NCBI GenBank assembly: GCA_039621445.1
Contig: CP154954.1
Location: 16,014,140-16,078,139 of the forward strand
DNA: 64,000 nucleotides
Direction: 5' to 3'
Source: Euglena gracilis
Lineage: Eukaryota
Shown here: positions 11,730-26,400 of the stretch, one piece after another
How positions within the stretch are numbered: position 1 is the stretch's first letter
Layout: the number at the start of each line of letters is the position of its first letter
Translations under genes and position numbers: made by a program
The notes under the pieces: generated by a model
What the model was told of the DNA's origin: nothing
What the model saw: only the letters and a program-made list of their open reading frames with translations
Database searches by the model: none

Positions 11730-14249
11730 GTATAAGTGGGGGGGTTATGGGATGGGGCAGGCAGACCTGTACCTATATTTTTTGAGATTTTTCACATTCT
11801 TGTTGAAAAATCACATTTCCCGAGTTGAAAAAAATTGCTTGCATTTCTGTGGCTGCTGATCGCAAATGTGTGGAAAAACCACATTTTCGAATTTTTGTGT
11901 TGGCTACCCGGACAAGCACTGCACCCTTGACCTATCTTTATAGGGACCTTTCGCCTCCCTCTGTACTCACTGATTTGACAGGTGACAGTTTCCCGAAAAT
12001 TGATAATTTACCGGGCACACTGTAGATTTATTGAATATGTTAAGATTTTTCATCTGTATACAAGGATTTTATACAAGGATATACAAGAAACAAATTGGGA
12101 CTTACCTAAGGAGCCCAATTGCCTGAGAGCATTGGACATTCACAGGTTGCCCCACTCTCCTCGTTTGTTTCAGGGTCTGCTCTTGCTTTTGGATTGTCCC
12201 ATCCCTGATTGCCAGCAGAAGTCGGCAACCGCTGCTACAGGATGGTTGCTGCCATGGAGTGTTATCCTTCCGCTGAGCCATGTCGCACCCACAATCTTTA
12301 TATTGGGTGAATCTAGGGCAGCTCTCAACACGTGCAATACATTTTAGTGATGGTGAGGGCGCCAACTTCCCATTATAGCCCTGATCTATGAAGCTCCCCA
12401 CCTCTGTGAGGGGTCTCTGAAGATTTTTTGTAGTTGCAAAATCTCGATAAGCTGATTTTTTTTGCAGTTTTTATGAAATGAATGAATGAATGCTGTTTTG
12501 ACCAGTTTCTCTCCACAAAAAATATCACGGATTTTCCCATCTCTGCCTGGATGTTTGTTTGTTTGTCAATATGTGTGTCTGAGTGTCTGTATCTGTCTTT
12601 TGGACATCTTCAGGGAAAAAAGCGTGCAAAAGTGTGCTAAAACATGCAAAGAAAAATCCTGAAAAATAAAAAATGAGAATGTTGGGAAAAAAGAATTAAA
12701 GGGAAAAACACACAAAAAACCATGTAAATGCAAAACTCTTCCAAAAATGCAAAAAAAGTGTGCAAAACGGAAGAAAATTTGCAAGTGAATGGAAGAGTAC
12801 TGCTTTCCACTGCAGAAAAAGGGCAATTGACCACGCCAGGACCTCACCAGCAGGTGGGGACCTGGTTTAAGGGTCCTCAGGTTGGGGTTTGGTTTGAGCT
12901 AGGGTTTGGGTTACGTTCAGGATTGTCGGTCGATGCCACATTTAATCCTATCTAATCCATGGCATAATCATCCTTGCCCTGATTCATAAAGCAGCAGGCA
13001 AGTCGAATCTGGACAGCTGAAAGGGCGGTTTGGAAATTCAGATTCCTTGTTAAATCAGGGATTTCTTGAAGATTGGACCCAGGGGGGGGGGCACTCAGGG
13101 GGAAATTCCACAGAAAAGGTTTGTCAAATAGGAGTAATGTGCGGTGTGAGTGCGTGTGCAATTTTTTTGTTGGCTTATAATGGGCCCTGGGGCATCATTT
13201 CTCGGCCTTTTTTCCTGTTCCCCGAGTGTTAACGACCCAAGGCATCGTTTTGCTTGGTAAATGGTTGGGGAGCGATGGCAAAGGTTGGCTGTTTCAAAGG
13301 GAAAATGGGCCCCGAGCCCGCCAATGCTTTTTCAGGGTCGCTCTTTTGTGTGACCGAACCTGAAAGAAACCAGCAGCATCGACCTCCCACACCTCCCCCT
13401 CGATCGAACGTTTGTGATTTTTGCCCGCAGTATCGAAAATTCCACAGAAAAGATTTATCAAACGGGAGTAATGTTCGTGTGTGTGTGTGTGCACTCTTTT
13501 TCGGCTTGTAATGGTCCCTGGGGCATCATCCCTCGGCCTTTTTGGGGGCGGGTTTGTTGTTATTTTTTTTTTGGCTCGAGCTCAAAGTGAGAGATGGCGT
13601 GAAGTGGTGCACCCACAGTACCCCCCCCCCTCCACCCACCCCCCCCCCCCCCCTGCTGCCACCCCCCACACCCTTCCCCCCCCCCCACCCCCTTCGCTGC
13701 CACCCCCCCCTGTCACCCCACTCTTGGACCTCATTGAATGCCAAGTTTTTGGCATACAATTCATTTTTGTTGGCTCCTTTTTTGGCGTCATTTTTTGACA
13801 CCGGCCTCGTCTGGGGGAGGGGATGCCCCCCCAGAACAAAAATGGCATCACTACTCTGTGCAAGGTGAGGCTCAAATGTCTTTTTGCGTTCCATTTTTTT
13901 GAGATCTTCCCGTTCATTTCCATGTGTCTTGCCATGCTCTGGCAAATTGGTCATCTGAGCCTCCACAGAGCCTCTGAGGAGCCGCTGTGGAGGCTGGTCG
14001 TTTGGAGCCTTCGCGGAGCCTCTGTGGAGACGCGGAGGCAACCCCCCAAAAAGGCAGGATTCAGATTTTGTTGTCGTGCCATCCCTTACTCGAACTGACT
14101 CCTAACCCAGACATTTGTTGAAACATTAGAATCACAATTGCGCAAACGGTGCCTGTGAAGACTTGTAAAGACAATTGCCCAAACCAATTGATACCACAAA
14201 GCTTGCACATCTGCAATTCTGCTAGCAATCCACTGAAAATTATTGTTTT

Positions 14250-14750
14250 TCACGGCATATGGCATGAGAAAGAAGAAACAAAGTCCTGAGTGTACTGATT
14301 GGGAACGTCCACGCTTTGCCATCCAGCGGGGACACAGCGATGTTGGTGATGCTGCACGAAGTCCGCCAGGACTGATTGCACTGGGCGCCTGGCCACCAGC
14401 GGGACGTAGCACAGCACCCTCTCCACGGAAGGGCACTTTGGGTACTCCGGGATGGCCACCAGGGTCGTCTGCACGATGGCCACGATGGCTAGGCGGTGCA
14501 GTCCTGGGTGCGGACAGGTTCGAAAGGGTGGAGCGCACCTGGTGCTTCTGCACTGGGCGCCTGGCCACCAGCGGGACGTAGCACAGCACCCTCTCCATGG
14601 AAGGGCACTTTGGGTACTCCGGGATGGCCAGTGCAGTCCTGGGTGCGGACAGGTTCGAAAGGGTGGAGCGCATCTGGTGCTTCCAAAAGTTGTCGTACCA
14701 CAGCACGCAGACTTTCCCCGCCTCTGCTGCCGCAGTTCCACCCGACACCC
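14250..14750 (-). pseudogene. Degenerate ORF of unknown function (GKVCVLWYDNFWKHQMRST…VERVLCYVPLVARR…), possibly TE-borne
   Basis: Protein-like composition, present in both inverted copies (48960-49294 on +) with different lesions. Copy 1 has an internal tandem duplication (14378-14672). Confidence 0.35.
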
Positions 14751-14886
14751 GTCCGCTCGCTCCTCGTGACCACTGATTTCAGTCGGGTTCAGTCAGGTGA
14801 ATGCCGCCGGGACTCGGGCGTCTGCTGAATGACTCCTTCATCTGCATTGGACGTCCTCAGGGGCCACGATGGGCTGTTGCGCCATA

Positions 14887-16291
14887 CAGGTTGCCAGCAC
14901 AAAAAACATACCCCCCAAAAGCAAATTCCCCTTTCCATTTTGTCCCCAGTTGCTCTCATGCCCCCAAAAATGAGCACTGCCGACAGAGCGGCTTTAAGCA
15001 AGCGCGTGGAGACGTATCTCTCTTTTGTTCCACCCTGGTCGCTCAATAAGATTGCAAATCATGAGAAAATATCCAAAGCTACAGTGCAAGGTATATACCC
15101 AGCTTGTACACAATTCACACCAGCCACTTATCCCAGGTATGGCATCCAGATTCAAAGAACGCGGCACGCTTGATCGCAAAGTTGGATCGGGATCCAATCA
15201 GCAAAAGGCAAAGAAATATTCAGAACGGTGTGCGACGTTTGCAATAAATTATATTCCATTCCTTAATTCCCACAGGTTTCGAAGAGGTGTATTAAAAGTG
15301 GCAATGAAAAACCCTTTTTTGGAGTTGCAAACAAATCGCCGACGAGCATTTCCTCCGAGTTAGCACCGCATTGTTAGCCCGTCCAGCAGGGGCAGTGGTT
15401 AAGGCGTGTTTGTCAATCGTTATGCATATGCTTTTTTGTGTGAATTTCAGATACCGCCAAAACCATCTCCAGAATTCATCCGTACAATTCTACGGAAGGC
15501 GGGCTTGTGCTGCCAAACCGCAGCAAGGAAGCCATTACTGTCCTCGGTGAACAGTTTGGGTTTGGTAACAATTCTTTCCCCTAGCAAAAAGGGGGCACGG
15601 GGTGCCAGCCCGTGGTTTCCCTGGAGACCAGAGATCTCAGGCCTAACCACCCCTGCTCTTCCCCTGACAGGGTTCTCCGGCTAGCCTCCGCCACCGGCCC
15701 CCCCCCCCCAACCCACATGGCCGCGCCGTTCAGCCTCATGCAGCAGCTCCCCGGTAAGTCCGAATGGGGTTAAGGTCTGGCGACTGTGGTGGCCAAACCC
15801 CTCCGTTGAAGCGCAGCACTCGCTTCCACCTCATCCACGCTGTGGTACTCCGCGCACGGTGGGGAGAAGCCCCGTCCTGCTGGAAGCGGTAGCCCGCAGT
15901 CCTGCACAATGGATTGTGAATATGTCGAATATTGGCGTGCAAACACCAGGCGTTTCCGCCATGGTGCTGCACAAGTTGCGTGGGCATGTGTTTGCGGGCA
16001 AAGACCATTTGTGGTCGGCTCTGCAAGCTGCCTTCGCAGAAATCTCCCCCGAACAGGTCAAAGCATTTTATGACAGCATGCCTAACCGCATGCGGGCTGT
16101 CATTGCGGCTCGCGGTGGACACACCCACTACTGACCTTCCCATACCCCGCCCTTTTGCATGACGGTTGCATTCGCGGCAAATCCAGCGCTTGATTCGCCG
16201 CATTGCTGCTTATAGCTTTACTCACCAGATGGGGGGTATGTTTTTTTGTGCTGTCAGGGGGGGGGGTATGTTTTTTTGTGTTGGCAACCTG
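14887..16291 (+). mobile_element. Tc1/mariner DNA transposon, 1405 bp, internally rearranged
   Basis: ~30-bp TIR CAGGTTGCCAGCACAAAAAACATACCCCCC / GGGGGGTATGTTTTTTTGTGTTGGCAACCTG, TA TSD, empty site in the inverted duplicate, and transposase motifs inside. Confidence 0.95.
14958..16134 (+). pseudogene. Tc1-family DDE transposase pseudogene with three short introns
   Basis: Spliced N-terminus MPPKMSTADRAALSKRVETYLSFVPPWSLNKIANHEKISKATVQG|MASRFKERGTLDRKVGSG…|…IRTILRKAGLCCQTAARKPLLSSVN, with introns 15091-15136, 15228-15275 and 15404-15450. FQQDGASPH and WPPQSPDLNPI lie on the minus strand (15763-15958). The C-terminus LWSALQAAFAEISPEQVKAFYDSMPNRMRAVIAARGGHTHY* is on plus. Confidence 0.9.
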
Positions 16292-19207
16292 TAGGGCAGT
16301 CGCGGTGGCGCACTGTACGGTACAGGACCTAGGCATCCCGCAGCAGCAACTCTGTCCAGTTGAGTCGCAGCTGCCATCACAACTCCACCAGCAGGTACTC
16401 CAAGCAGGCGCTGTTGGCAATCAGCAGGACCTGGGTGTGGGCATCTGGATGATTAAGTTCAGTAGGGGTCATCTGGGCATTGGCCACAAACACCTCATAG
16501 CCCTCCACGAAGTGCTCCTGGACGCATCTGCCCAGGATCTTCCCCATTTTGGCAGAGGCAGGCGTAGTCCGCATACCGCGACGGTGGGACCGGCTGCTTT
16601 GCGACATCATCACAGAATTTGCAGTGCCCAAACAAAAAAAAGGTTCAGTGTGTTAGTTTAACAATTGTACATTCTTCTTGGAATGTTTGTGCTATGTTCT
16701 TTTGTGCAATTGCGCAAAGGAACATGGATTTTATGGCATCAGAGAACTTTTGCCGGCACAACAGAATAAGAGCGTTCGACTTGGCACCATCTCAGCTTAA
16801 TTTGCATAACGGGACAATTACTCAGGATGTGTGGAAAAAATCTGCTCGTTACAACCCCAAAGAATGATTTTAACAACAAAATCTCGAGCATTTTCTGTTG
16901 ACACAACTGTGGTGGAGTACACGTGCCAGGTTTCAAAGGGTGCCGGATGGTTTGCCGTCAAAATTGGACGTGGCACCAGGTGAGTCGTGCCGCATTTCCG
17001 CAGTGGTTGAGTTGCAAATGAATAGTCAGTCTGTTCAACCCGGCTTTTAGCGGAAGAAGAAACCCGTCACTGTTCTGATCGCATCCCGTAATTGTGAGGC
17101 CAATGAAACAGAAAGTTTTTTTTTTCTTGCTCTTCATCCACACACTATGCATGAGCTCTTTTGATCCTCCTGCAACAGACACAGAATCCATGCCAGTGTA
17201 AGGTCCAAATTGTGACACCGTCAAAATCGCCCACCTCCTGCCATGGCTCCCAGCCCCCTGGAGGTCATACCACCTAGCCAATTTTATTGCAGAACTACTT
17301 AACCCAGGCGCTGTCGGAGCAGCAGTATAATGTAGACATATCAAAATACCTGACCTTGCGTGAATTGGGATGGAGTCAACTTCTGCCTCAACGCTGGTGT
17401 GTCGGCGTCTATTTTCTGTTGCTGTGTTGTGTATTGCCTCTTCACTGACGAATGACCCTTCCAAGGTTTCTGAAGGAAGCTTGCACCACCGGTACAGGTA
17501 AGCGCTTTTTTTTTATTACAGGACGAACCCCCCCCCCTCCCCCAGAGTTGGTAAACTGAAGCCTGCTAGGCATCCCCTCCCCCAGAGTTTGGTAAAAAGA
17601 AGCTTGGAATTATTTCCCATCTTTCCCCCTAATTTTTCCCTGTGGGGATGTAGCTTACGCCTGGTCCAGTGGAGAGCTGCTGTGCAATGTCCAACCCCTC
17701 TCCGACGCGCGGCTCATTCACATGCATGCCTGTCATGGCCCTGTTATATGTTTTCTCTCCCAGAGAACAGAGTGCGATTGGTGGGCAACCTAGCATGCCT
17801 TTTGAGCGCTCTCCTTCATTGCAACCAGACCTGACTTGGAAATGGGGGTGGCGGTGGTGGTCTGGTTAGCGGCGGTTTGCAGAGGCTGGAAAAAAATGTC
17901 CGTGAGGTTTCTTTTCCAACCCATTCTGGGTGGAAGGTGTAAAGTTGGAGCAAGGGCATGATGCAGAATTTCCAAAGTTTTGGAGCTTGGTTGCAGAAAG
18001 ACGTTTCCAGAAATGGGTCGAAGAATTGGCCGTCACCCCCCTCTCAGTAAGCTGTCATGACCGAGAACCTGTCAGCAGCCCACCAGCGAAACTGCCAGGT
18101 CCCCAGATACTGGCCAACATGTCGAGGTTAAAATTCAATGAAGTTCCTTTGAAAAACTCTGAGGTTGGAATCCCCCCAGGGAGCCTGTTCTCTTCCCTCC
18201 ATATTCGCCAACCTGTCTTCATTGGGGGCACCTGTCCTCCTCTCTCCCCGCATCTTGTCTCCCAACGATTGTTTGAAATTTTTCACTTATTTCTTGAAGA
18301 AGCAGATTCCTGAGTTGAAAAAAACTCCGAACATTGCTTTCAAGCTTATCCCAAACTTGCGAAAAATTGTGTTGTCGGATTTTCTGTCTGCCGGCGGTCG
18401 AATTTTTTTTGACTTTTTTCCCTGTCACCCAGCCTCACCCCCCCTCTCCGTACTTGCTGGCCTGCCTCCTACATCGGTGCTTGCTGATTTGTCTGGGGAC
18501 AGTTTCCGGAGTGGGGAGGCTGGGTAAAGATGGAACCAAGGGGCAGGAAAGGATGGTGGGATATCCTCTCCCAACGCTTTCCAGCTTGCTGAGGCTTCCT
18601 CAGGCTGTCTGCGAGGTGACCCACCCCAGAGTGTATTTCCCAACGGGTTATTTTCATGTGAGGGAGGTGGCTGACCGATGTGATGCTTTTTTTTTAAAAT
18701 CTCTGAGCGACTGACTCGTTCGTCACCCTCTCTCATGCTGAAGTGGTGGCTTCTGTCTGCAGGAATTTTTTTTATCCCATTGTTCTTTCCCCTGTGCTGA
18801 AGTGGTGGTTTCTGTTTTGGCGAATTTTTTTTATCCATTGTTTTCGTTCGAACTGAAAATGTCAGGACATTGACGTGAGGCAGAAAAATGACTGCTGAAA
18901 ATCTGGACAACTAGATGTTCCTCCAGCCAAATTTATTATCAGGCTCGATATTAAGGCGCAACATTCATACATTGGCGCCTTATTGGCCGCATTTCACCCG
19001 TATTTTGGCGTGTCAAGTTCAAGGGGGAGAAGCTGCAACCGGGGGGGGGGGGTGCCTCCCTGGACAGCACCCAGAACTCCGCTCCCCACCCCTTGGTTTG
19101 TGAGAATCAGGCTCCTGGGCACCACATTAGGCACACTGACGGGTTTGCTACAGCACCACTCAGAAAATGTGCACATTTTGGCACTGAACTTCCAACTTCC
19201 TCCAGGT

Positions 19208-19463
19208 CAGGGGTTTTTTTTAGTCGTGGCCCCCGGGGGGGGGGTGGGGTGGGTGGGTCCGGCTGAGCCCCCCCCCCCCGGGCCCCTAGGGGGGAGTGGG
19301 ATATACTTTTCGGTGCCGAAGGCGCCGAGAGTTTTTGAAAAGGTGCTATTTTTGGAATTTCCCACGATTTTTGAGTGGCTCCGGAACCCCCCCCCCCCGG
19401 GTGGCCCAGGGGGTGGGTGGGCGGGGGGGACCCCCCCTCCCCCCGGTCTTAAAAAAACCTCTG
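19208..19463. mobile_element. hAT-like MITE, 256 bp
   Basis: TIR CAGGGGTTTTTTTTAG / CTTAAAAAAACCTCTG (14/16) and perfect 8-bp TSD CTCCAGGT (19200-19207, 19464-19471). A related end begins at 23517. Confidence 0.88.
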
Positions 19464-22400
19464 CTCCAGGTTCAGGTCGGATTGCCTGGCACTCAACACC
19501 ACCCCCTCCCCCCAAACCCGGGTCAAGCACCTCCCTGCCCTACGGTCTGGAGCCTGCCCTGCGCAGCCAAACCCAGGCTTCAGTGGCCTGGTTAGGATTA
19601 ACTGGCGCGGGGTTCCTGCCTAGCGGACACTTCGCAGCCCTCTCGCCTGCAGTCACCACACACACAGTCGCACCGTTTGGCCCCTTGGCCAATTTTGACT
19701 CGGTCAACTCACACCACAGGCAGAGAGAGAAGATGCCAGGGTTGCTTCGCTGGATTGCAAAATGCTGTTTCCTGGTCCGAAATTCCCCCCCTTGTGTGAA
19801 TGGCACCCGCGGTGGTTTCAATACTTTTGCTGCACCAACTGTCCCCTTGTGGACTGGAGAGTCACAGGGGTGAGGCTGGACGGGGAAAGGAATGACGTTT
19901 TGTTGTCTGCTTTAATTCTTCAGATATGAAATATTTGATTCTGGACGCTGTATTGTAATGAATGGACGATGCATTCTCTGATGAAACTCTGAACAATGTA
20001 TTTTGAAAAGTGGTGTCACCATTATTTCGGCGAAAATCAAAATTCTTTTCCAGATGTTCACCCAAAGAAACATCAGCCACCCGTTCTGAAGTCTTTCCCC
20101 AACTCTTCAGCAATTTTGAAAAAGGTTTTGCTAATACTTGTGATGTTCAATTTCTACGTTCGTGCGCTGTTCTTTTTTTTGCCTCCATACAGGCGGACCA
20201 GCATGCAACCTACAGTTGGCATGCCGGGGTGGGCAGGACCACCACTGAACACTGCTCAAGCAGAAGCATTGCTCGCTTCAATCAGAAACGATTCCTCCGA
20301 ATGTCCTCAGGATTAAGTCACCAGTTTTTTTGGAGGAGGCTAATTCTTTTTCGCACCGACCTACCCCCATGCTTTTTTAAGTTTTCTGGTGATGTGATTT
20401 ATTTGTAATTGGAAAAGTAATTTTTCCTTCTTGGTGATGATGTGAAACGAAGAGAATCGTTTTTCAACGGCGTAATAGCACAGGGATCCTTCCACTTCCT
20501 GAAAAGGAAATTAATTGAAATTCATGGAGGATCACGGAAAAAGGCGGGAGACCATTTTTACAGCAATCGCAAAAATTCACGGATATTCACGGATGAGGCA
20601 GAGGGATATGATTTGATATGGAATATGATTTTTGACTTTTTAAAAAAAATAAAAAAAGGAAATTCACGGAAAATCACTGAAAATCACGGATACATTTTGG
20701 CCCCGACCAGCACGGAAACCGGAGAAACCCTGAAAGGCAATGCACAGGCACTGGGGTGGCAAATTGCAACTTTTGCATATGAATATGAGGCAAGCCAACC
20801 CTGTGCTGCCACTGTGCCAACCCATGTGGTTCTGTCTCTCTTGCCCCCCCCCCCCCAGCATTGGCTTTTTTTTTTGACCCATTAGCGCCCCGCCCTGCGC
20901 CACGCGTGGCCTGTCCACCGTGCCAGGACAGCCGGTCTTGCTGAAAACTCCAGCCACTCCTCGAATTCGCAGGGGAAATTTCCCTTCCCGAGGATTCTGG
21001 GCAGCAATGTTGGCTCCCTTCTGCGATTACTTGTCTTTGGCCTCTCCCCATCCGATGGACAGTGTGGGCCACACTTGTTATTTCACACCAACATAAAACA
21101 GGGGACCACCATGTGGACACGGTAGTCAGGCCACCGCAGCAAGGTCAGACATTTAGTATCGGTAGCAGTAGGTCCTTGCGATACCTTGGGTTTGTGTCTG
21201 TCGCAAAGTTGAAGGGGGGGGGATCAAAAGCATCTCATCAGAATTGTGCAAAATCAGCAGGTCAGTTTTTTGGAGGAAAGGAGAAGGTGGATCGGTCGTC
21301 CACGCCACCAGGCAGATGCTGATAGTGTCTGTGGAAATCAATGTGAGGTTGTTTCTGGGGACCTCCGCAACTCCTCGGGGACATCGACCCCCTCCGAAAT
21401 GAATTGTCTGAAACCTCTTTCCGGCCGGACTGTATTGACCCTGAGTGCACCTCAGTCTGGGGGGAGGTTCCAGTGACCCAAACAGGATTCTTTCTCAGAC
21501 ACCATCACCTGCATCAAACCCCACAGGATACCCAGAGATCCTACCAAACAGGACAGATTCTCCCTACTGGCTTTTCACAGCAATTTTCTTTGACAAAATG
21601 TTTCCTCCAAAAAGTCTGATGGACAACAATAACCCGAAATGCTATAATTTTTTGTTGTCCTCTGAATAGAAGCCATTTGACACCAAATTGTTTTTCCAAA
21701 GCGCATTGAATAGATCCATGAATGTTTTTTGGATACTGCCAAGGTGCCAAAAAAGATTGGTCCAGACATTTTACAGGGGGTCAGTCCAAACCCCATCCTC
21801 CCAAGGGGGAGGTGGGTGAATCCATGCCAGTCACGTGGCCTGGGCAACTGGGACGACGGTTTGTTGGCGTGGCTGGCCCCACATTACCTTCCCCTCGCCC
21901 TCGGCGGCACCCCAAAACCAAACCTCTCCTCCCCCTCCCTGGTGTCTGCTACAGCTGCCTGTGGCCTGCAAGGTGCTGCCTTCATGTTTGACCGACGATG
22001 ACAGCACCAAATCAGTGACATTGGCCAGGCGTCTTCGACGTTGGGCAGATAGTGTGGTGAGGCAGGCTGACTGAGTGGCCCTTTGTGCGGAATGTGGTAA
22101 GACGAGGTACACCTCCAGGCGGATTGCCTCCCAAAAAACTGATTGAAACATTCACAATTTTGCACATTTATTGCTTATTATGGGTTGTTGTTGGAGATAG
22201 GTATTAATGTTTGGGTGTTGGTTCGGGTTTGGGTTACCCCCCCCCCAATGTCCACCCTTGATTTTTTATTTGGGTGGGATCCGGGTATTTTCGAATGTTG
22301 AACCCCAGGGGGGAGAGTGGATGGTTCAGGGGACTCCCCTCCCCGGTCTTTAAAGAACGCGCGACATGACTCCCTCACCCGTACTCACGTTCCAAATATT

Positions 22401-22782
22401 TTGGTGTATCTCACAAATTTCCAGAAGTTTTTCTGTCGAGTTTGCCAAATTTTGGCATGCACAACCAGTTATGAGACGTTCAAGTTTTAATTGTGAATAA
22501 GAATTCGGTTGAAAGCATTTGGGGCAGGGATTTAAATACAGAAAAGGTCTTCATTTTCTGCATCTAAGGTTGTCGCAAAAAAAAAAACAGGTTTGTCCGG
22601 AGAATTGTCAATTGGTTATTTGCATTTTCAAACTTGACGTCCCTATACGTCTCTGACCTCAAAGTGCAATCTTGCCCGGGGCCATTTGAATTTGACCCTA
22701 TTTTTGGATATGACCCGCCGAGAATAGTGAATGTAAGTTAGGCGCCCCAACGTTGGCCACCCAATCCTCGTTTTCAAATGTG

Positions 22783-22945
22783 CAGGGGGGGAAGGCGTTG
22801 TGCATTTCGGGGGGAGCTCCGTAGCTCCGGAGCTCTGCAAAATTTTTTACATGCAATTATCGTTTTTTTTTGCATTTTTTACGTTTATTTTTCATTTATT
22901 TGCATCGCGTTTTTTGAGGGTCCATGTTGCGTTTCCCCCTCCCTG
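22783..22945. mobile_element. hAT-like MITE, 163 bp (same family as 11285-11729)
   Basis: Ends CAGGGGGGGAAGGCG / CGTTTCCCCCTCCCTG; TSD CAAATGTG / CAATTGTG (7/8). Confidence 0.7.
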
Positions 22946-23754
22946 CAATTGTGGCCCGCCCCAAGTGCTGACCCCCCCAGGTCGTAAAAGAATTTGCAAT
23001 CCCCGCATTTTTAGGCACGTTTTCAAACCAGCTTTATTACAAACAGAGGTTGCACAACTTGCAATATTCTGGCATAAATCAAAAAAAGTATTAAAGGGAA
23101 GGAATTTGCATTTTTTTTAATAATTTGGCATTCTGCCAATGAAAGTTACATATTTTCCATACTTTTCTTATTTTGCATATCTGCTCAACCTCGGAGCTTT
23201 TTTCTCCTGGTATTTACACAAAAAATGCATTTGCATTTCAACAGATCGTCTGGGGATTCTGAAGTTGAATATTTTCTTTTTTTTGATGAGCCTCTGCAGA
23301 GGCACAGGTTACCAGGCTCAGAGGCTCCGCGGAGGCTCCAAGGAGGCTTGGGTAACCAATTTTGCTACAGAACGTGGGAGAAGTAACGGATGAGATCATG
23401 GTGTGAAATGGCAGAGGGAAACAAAACTATTGCCCCCAACCGCACAGCAGAATGCGTCCCTCACGAAATAACGCTTCCCTTTGTGTATTCCAGGGGACTC
23501 TCATTTTTTTTTCTATCAGGGATTTCTTAAAGACCGGTGGCAGGGGGTCTCCCCTCCCCCACCCCACCCCACCCCGGCGAAGGGGGTCTGGCAGACCCAC
23601 TTTTTGGTCAATATTTGGGGTCAAACTTTTTCAGAAAATAGGTAAAAAGTAGATGAGAACCCCGCCTTCAGCAGGGTGTTCACTCAGCACGACCCCCCAA
23701 ACGTACACATAGCATGATTCATTATGCAACACCATACATTTTTTTGCACAATCA

Positions 23755-24319
23755 GAACAATAACAACAACAACAACAATCCCCAGACCACCACCACAACC
23801 ACAACCACCCCAAAACCAAAACCAACCAACTACAAACACAAAAAAAACAAAACAACACAACAAACAAAACAAACCCCACCAACAACAACACCAACCACCA
23901 CACCACCAACCACCACCAAACCACCACAAACAAACACCACCACCCCCACCACCACCACACCAAACCACCCCAAAAAAACCACCACAACACACACAATAAC
24001 AATAAACAACACCACACACAACAACATCACCAACACACACACCACCACAACAGCAAAACAACAATGCACAGAACATCAAAAAAAAAACAAAAAAAAAAAA
24101 ACAAAAAAAAACAACAAAAAAAACAAAAAAAAAAAAAAAAAACAAAAAACACCACCACCAACACAACAAAAAAAAAACAAAAAAAACATAACAAAAAAAA
24201 CAAAAAAAAAAAAAACAACAAAAACAACAAAACAACAACAACAAAACAAAAAAAGAAAAACGACGACAACAAAAACAACAACAACAACAAAAAAAAAAAC
24301 AAAAACAAAAAAAAAAACA

Positions 24320-24355
<36 letters not shown>

Positions 24356-24525
24356 AAAACAACAACAACAACAACAAAAAAAAAAACAACAACAACAAAA
24401 ACAACAAAAACAAAAAAAAAAAAAACAACAACAAAACAAAACAACAAACACAAACAGACAACCACACCACCACCACCCAACCACCACCACCAAACCACCA
24501 CCACCAAACCACCACCACCACCACC
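23755..24525 (+). repeat. A/C-only low-complexity tract (probable degraded read of a trinucleotide repeat)
   Basis: Almost no G or T; grades into the clean CAG repeat. Confidence 0.8.
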
Positions 24526-25630
<1,105 letters not shown>

Positions 25631-25756
25631 ATTATATATAATATTGTTATTACATATAATAATTATAATTATATATATTAATACATATAATATTATTAAT
25701 ATTAATAATGATAATAATAATGATAATGATAATGACAACAACAACAACAACAACAA

Positions 25757-25776
25757 GTTTTTGTTGTTGTTGTTGC

Positions 25777-25854
<78 letters not shown>

Positions 25855-25860
25855 CATTGT
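25757..25860 (+). repeat. (TTG)n/(CTG)n microsatellite, inverted relative to the CAG/CAA tract
   Basis: Direct reading; separated from the CAG tract by an AT-rich spacer (25631-25735). Confidence 0.95.
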
Positions 25861-26222
25861 TATTTTTTTTTCATTGCGACCACCGGGAACAATTTTTTTT
25901 GCAGCCTGCTGCGACTCTGAAGTATTTTTGTTTCCAGCGAGCCAGCTAGTGCCAATTCAGTTCGACCCACCCTCTGGGGGCCCTTAAGTGCAGGCTTGGC
26001 TATTCAGGTGTTTATGCTTCCATATCTGCTCTTTTTTTCACATAAGAGAACTCAAGCTGAATAAAAATTACCAGTATATTTCAAATAAACAAATCAGTGT
26101 ATAAATAGCCCATAATTTGAGAAATAATGGATAATGCGCAGGATTGGGGCAGCGGACACCTGTGCAGCCCGGACAAGCAGCATGTGCACACTGCAGGTTG
26201 CTCCCTGTGCTGGTGTGTATCA

Positions 26223-26400
<178 letters not shown>

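Larger units (their letters stand above)
11761..16438 (+). repeat. Inverted segmental duplication, copy 1 (includes Tc1 insertion)
   Basis: Reverse complement of 48655-51585; matching ORFs appear on opposite strands, e.g. 12566-12847(-) vs 50550-50831(+). Confidence 0.95.
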
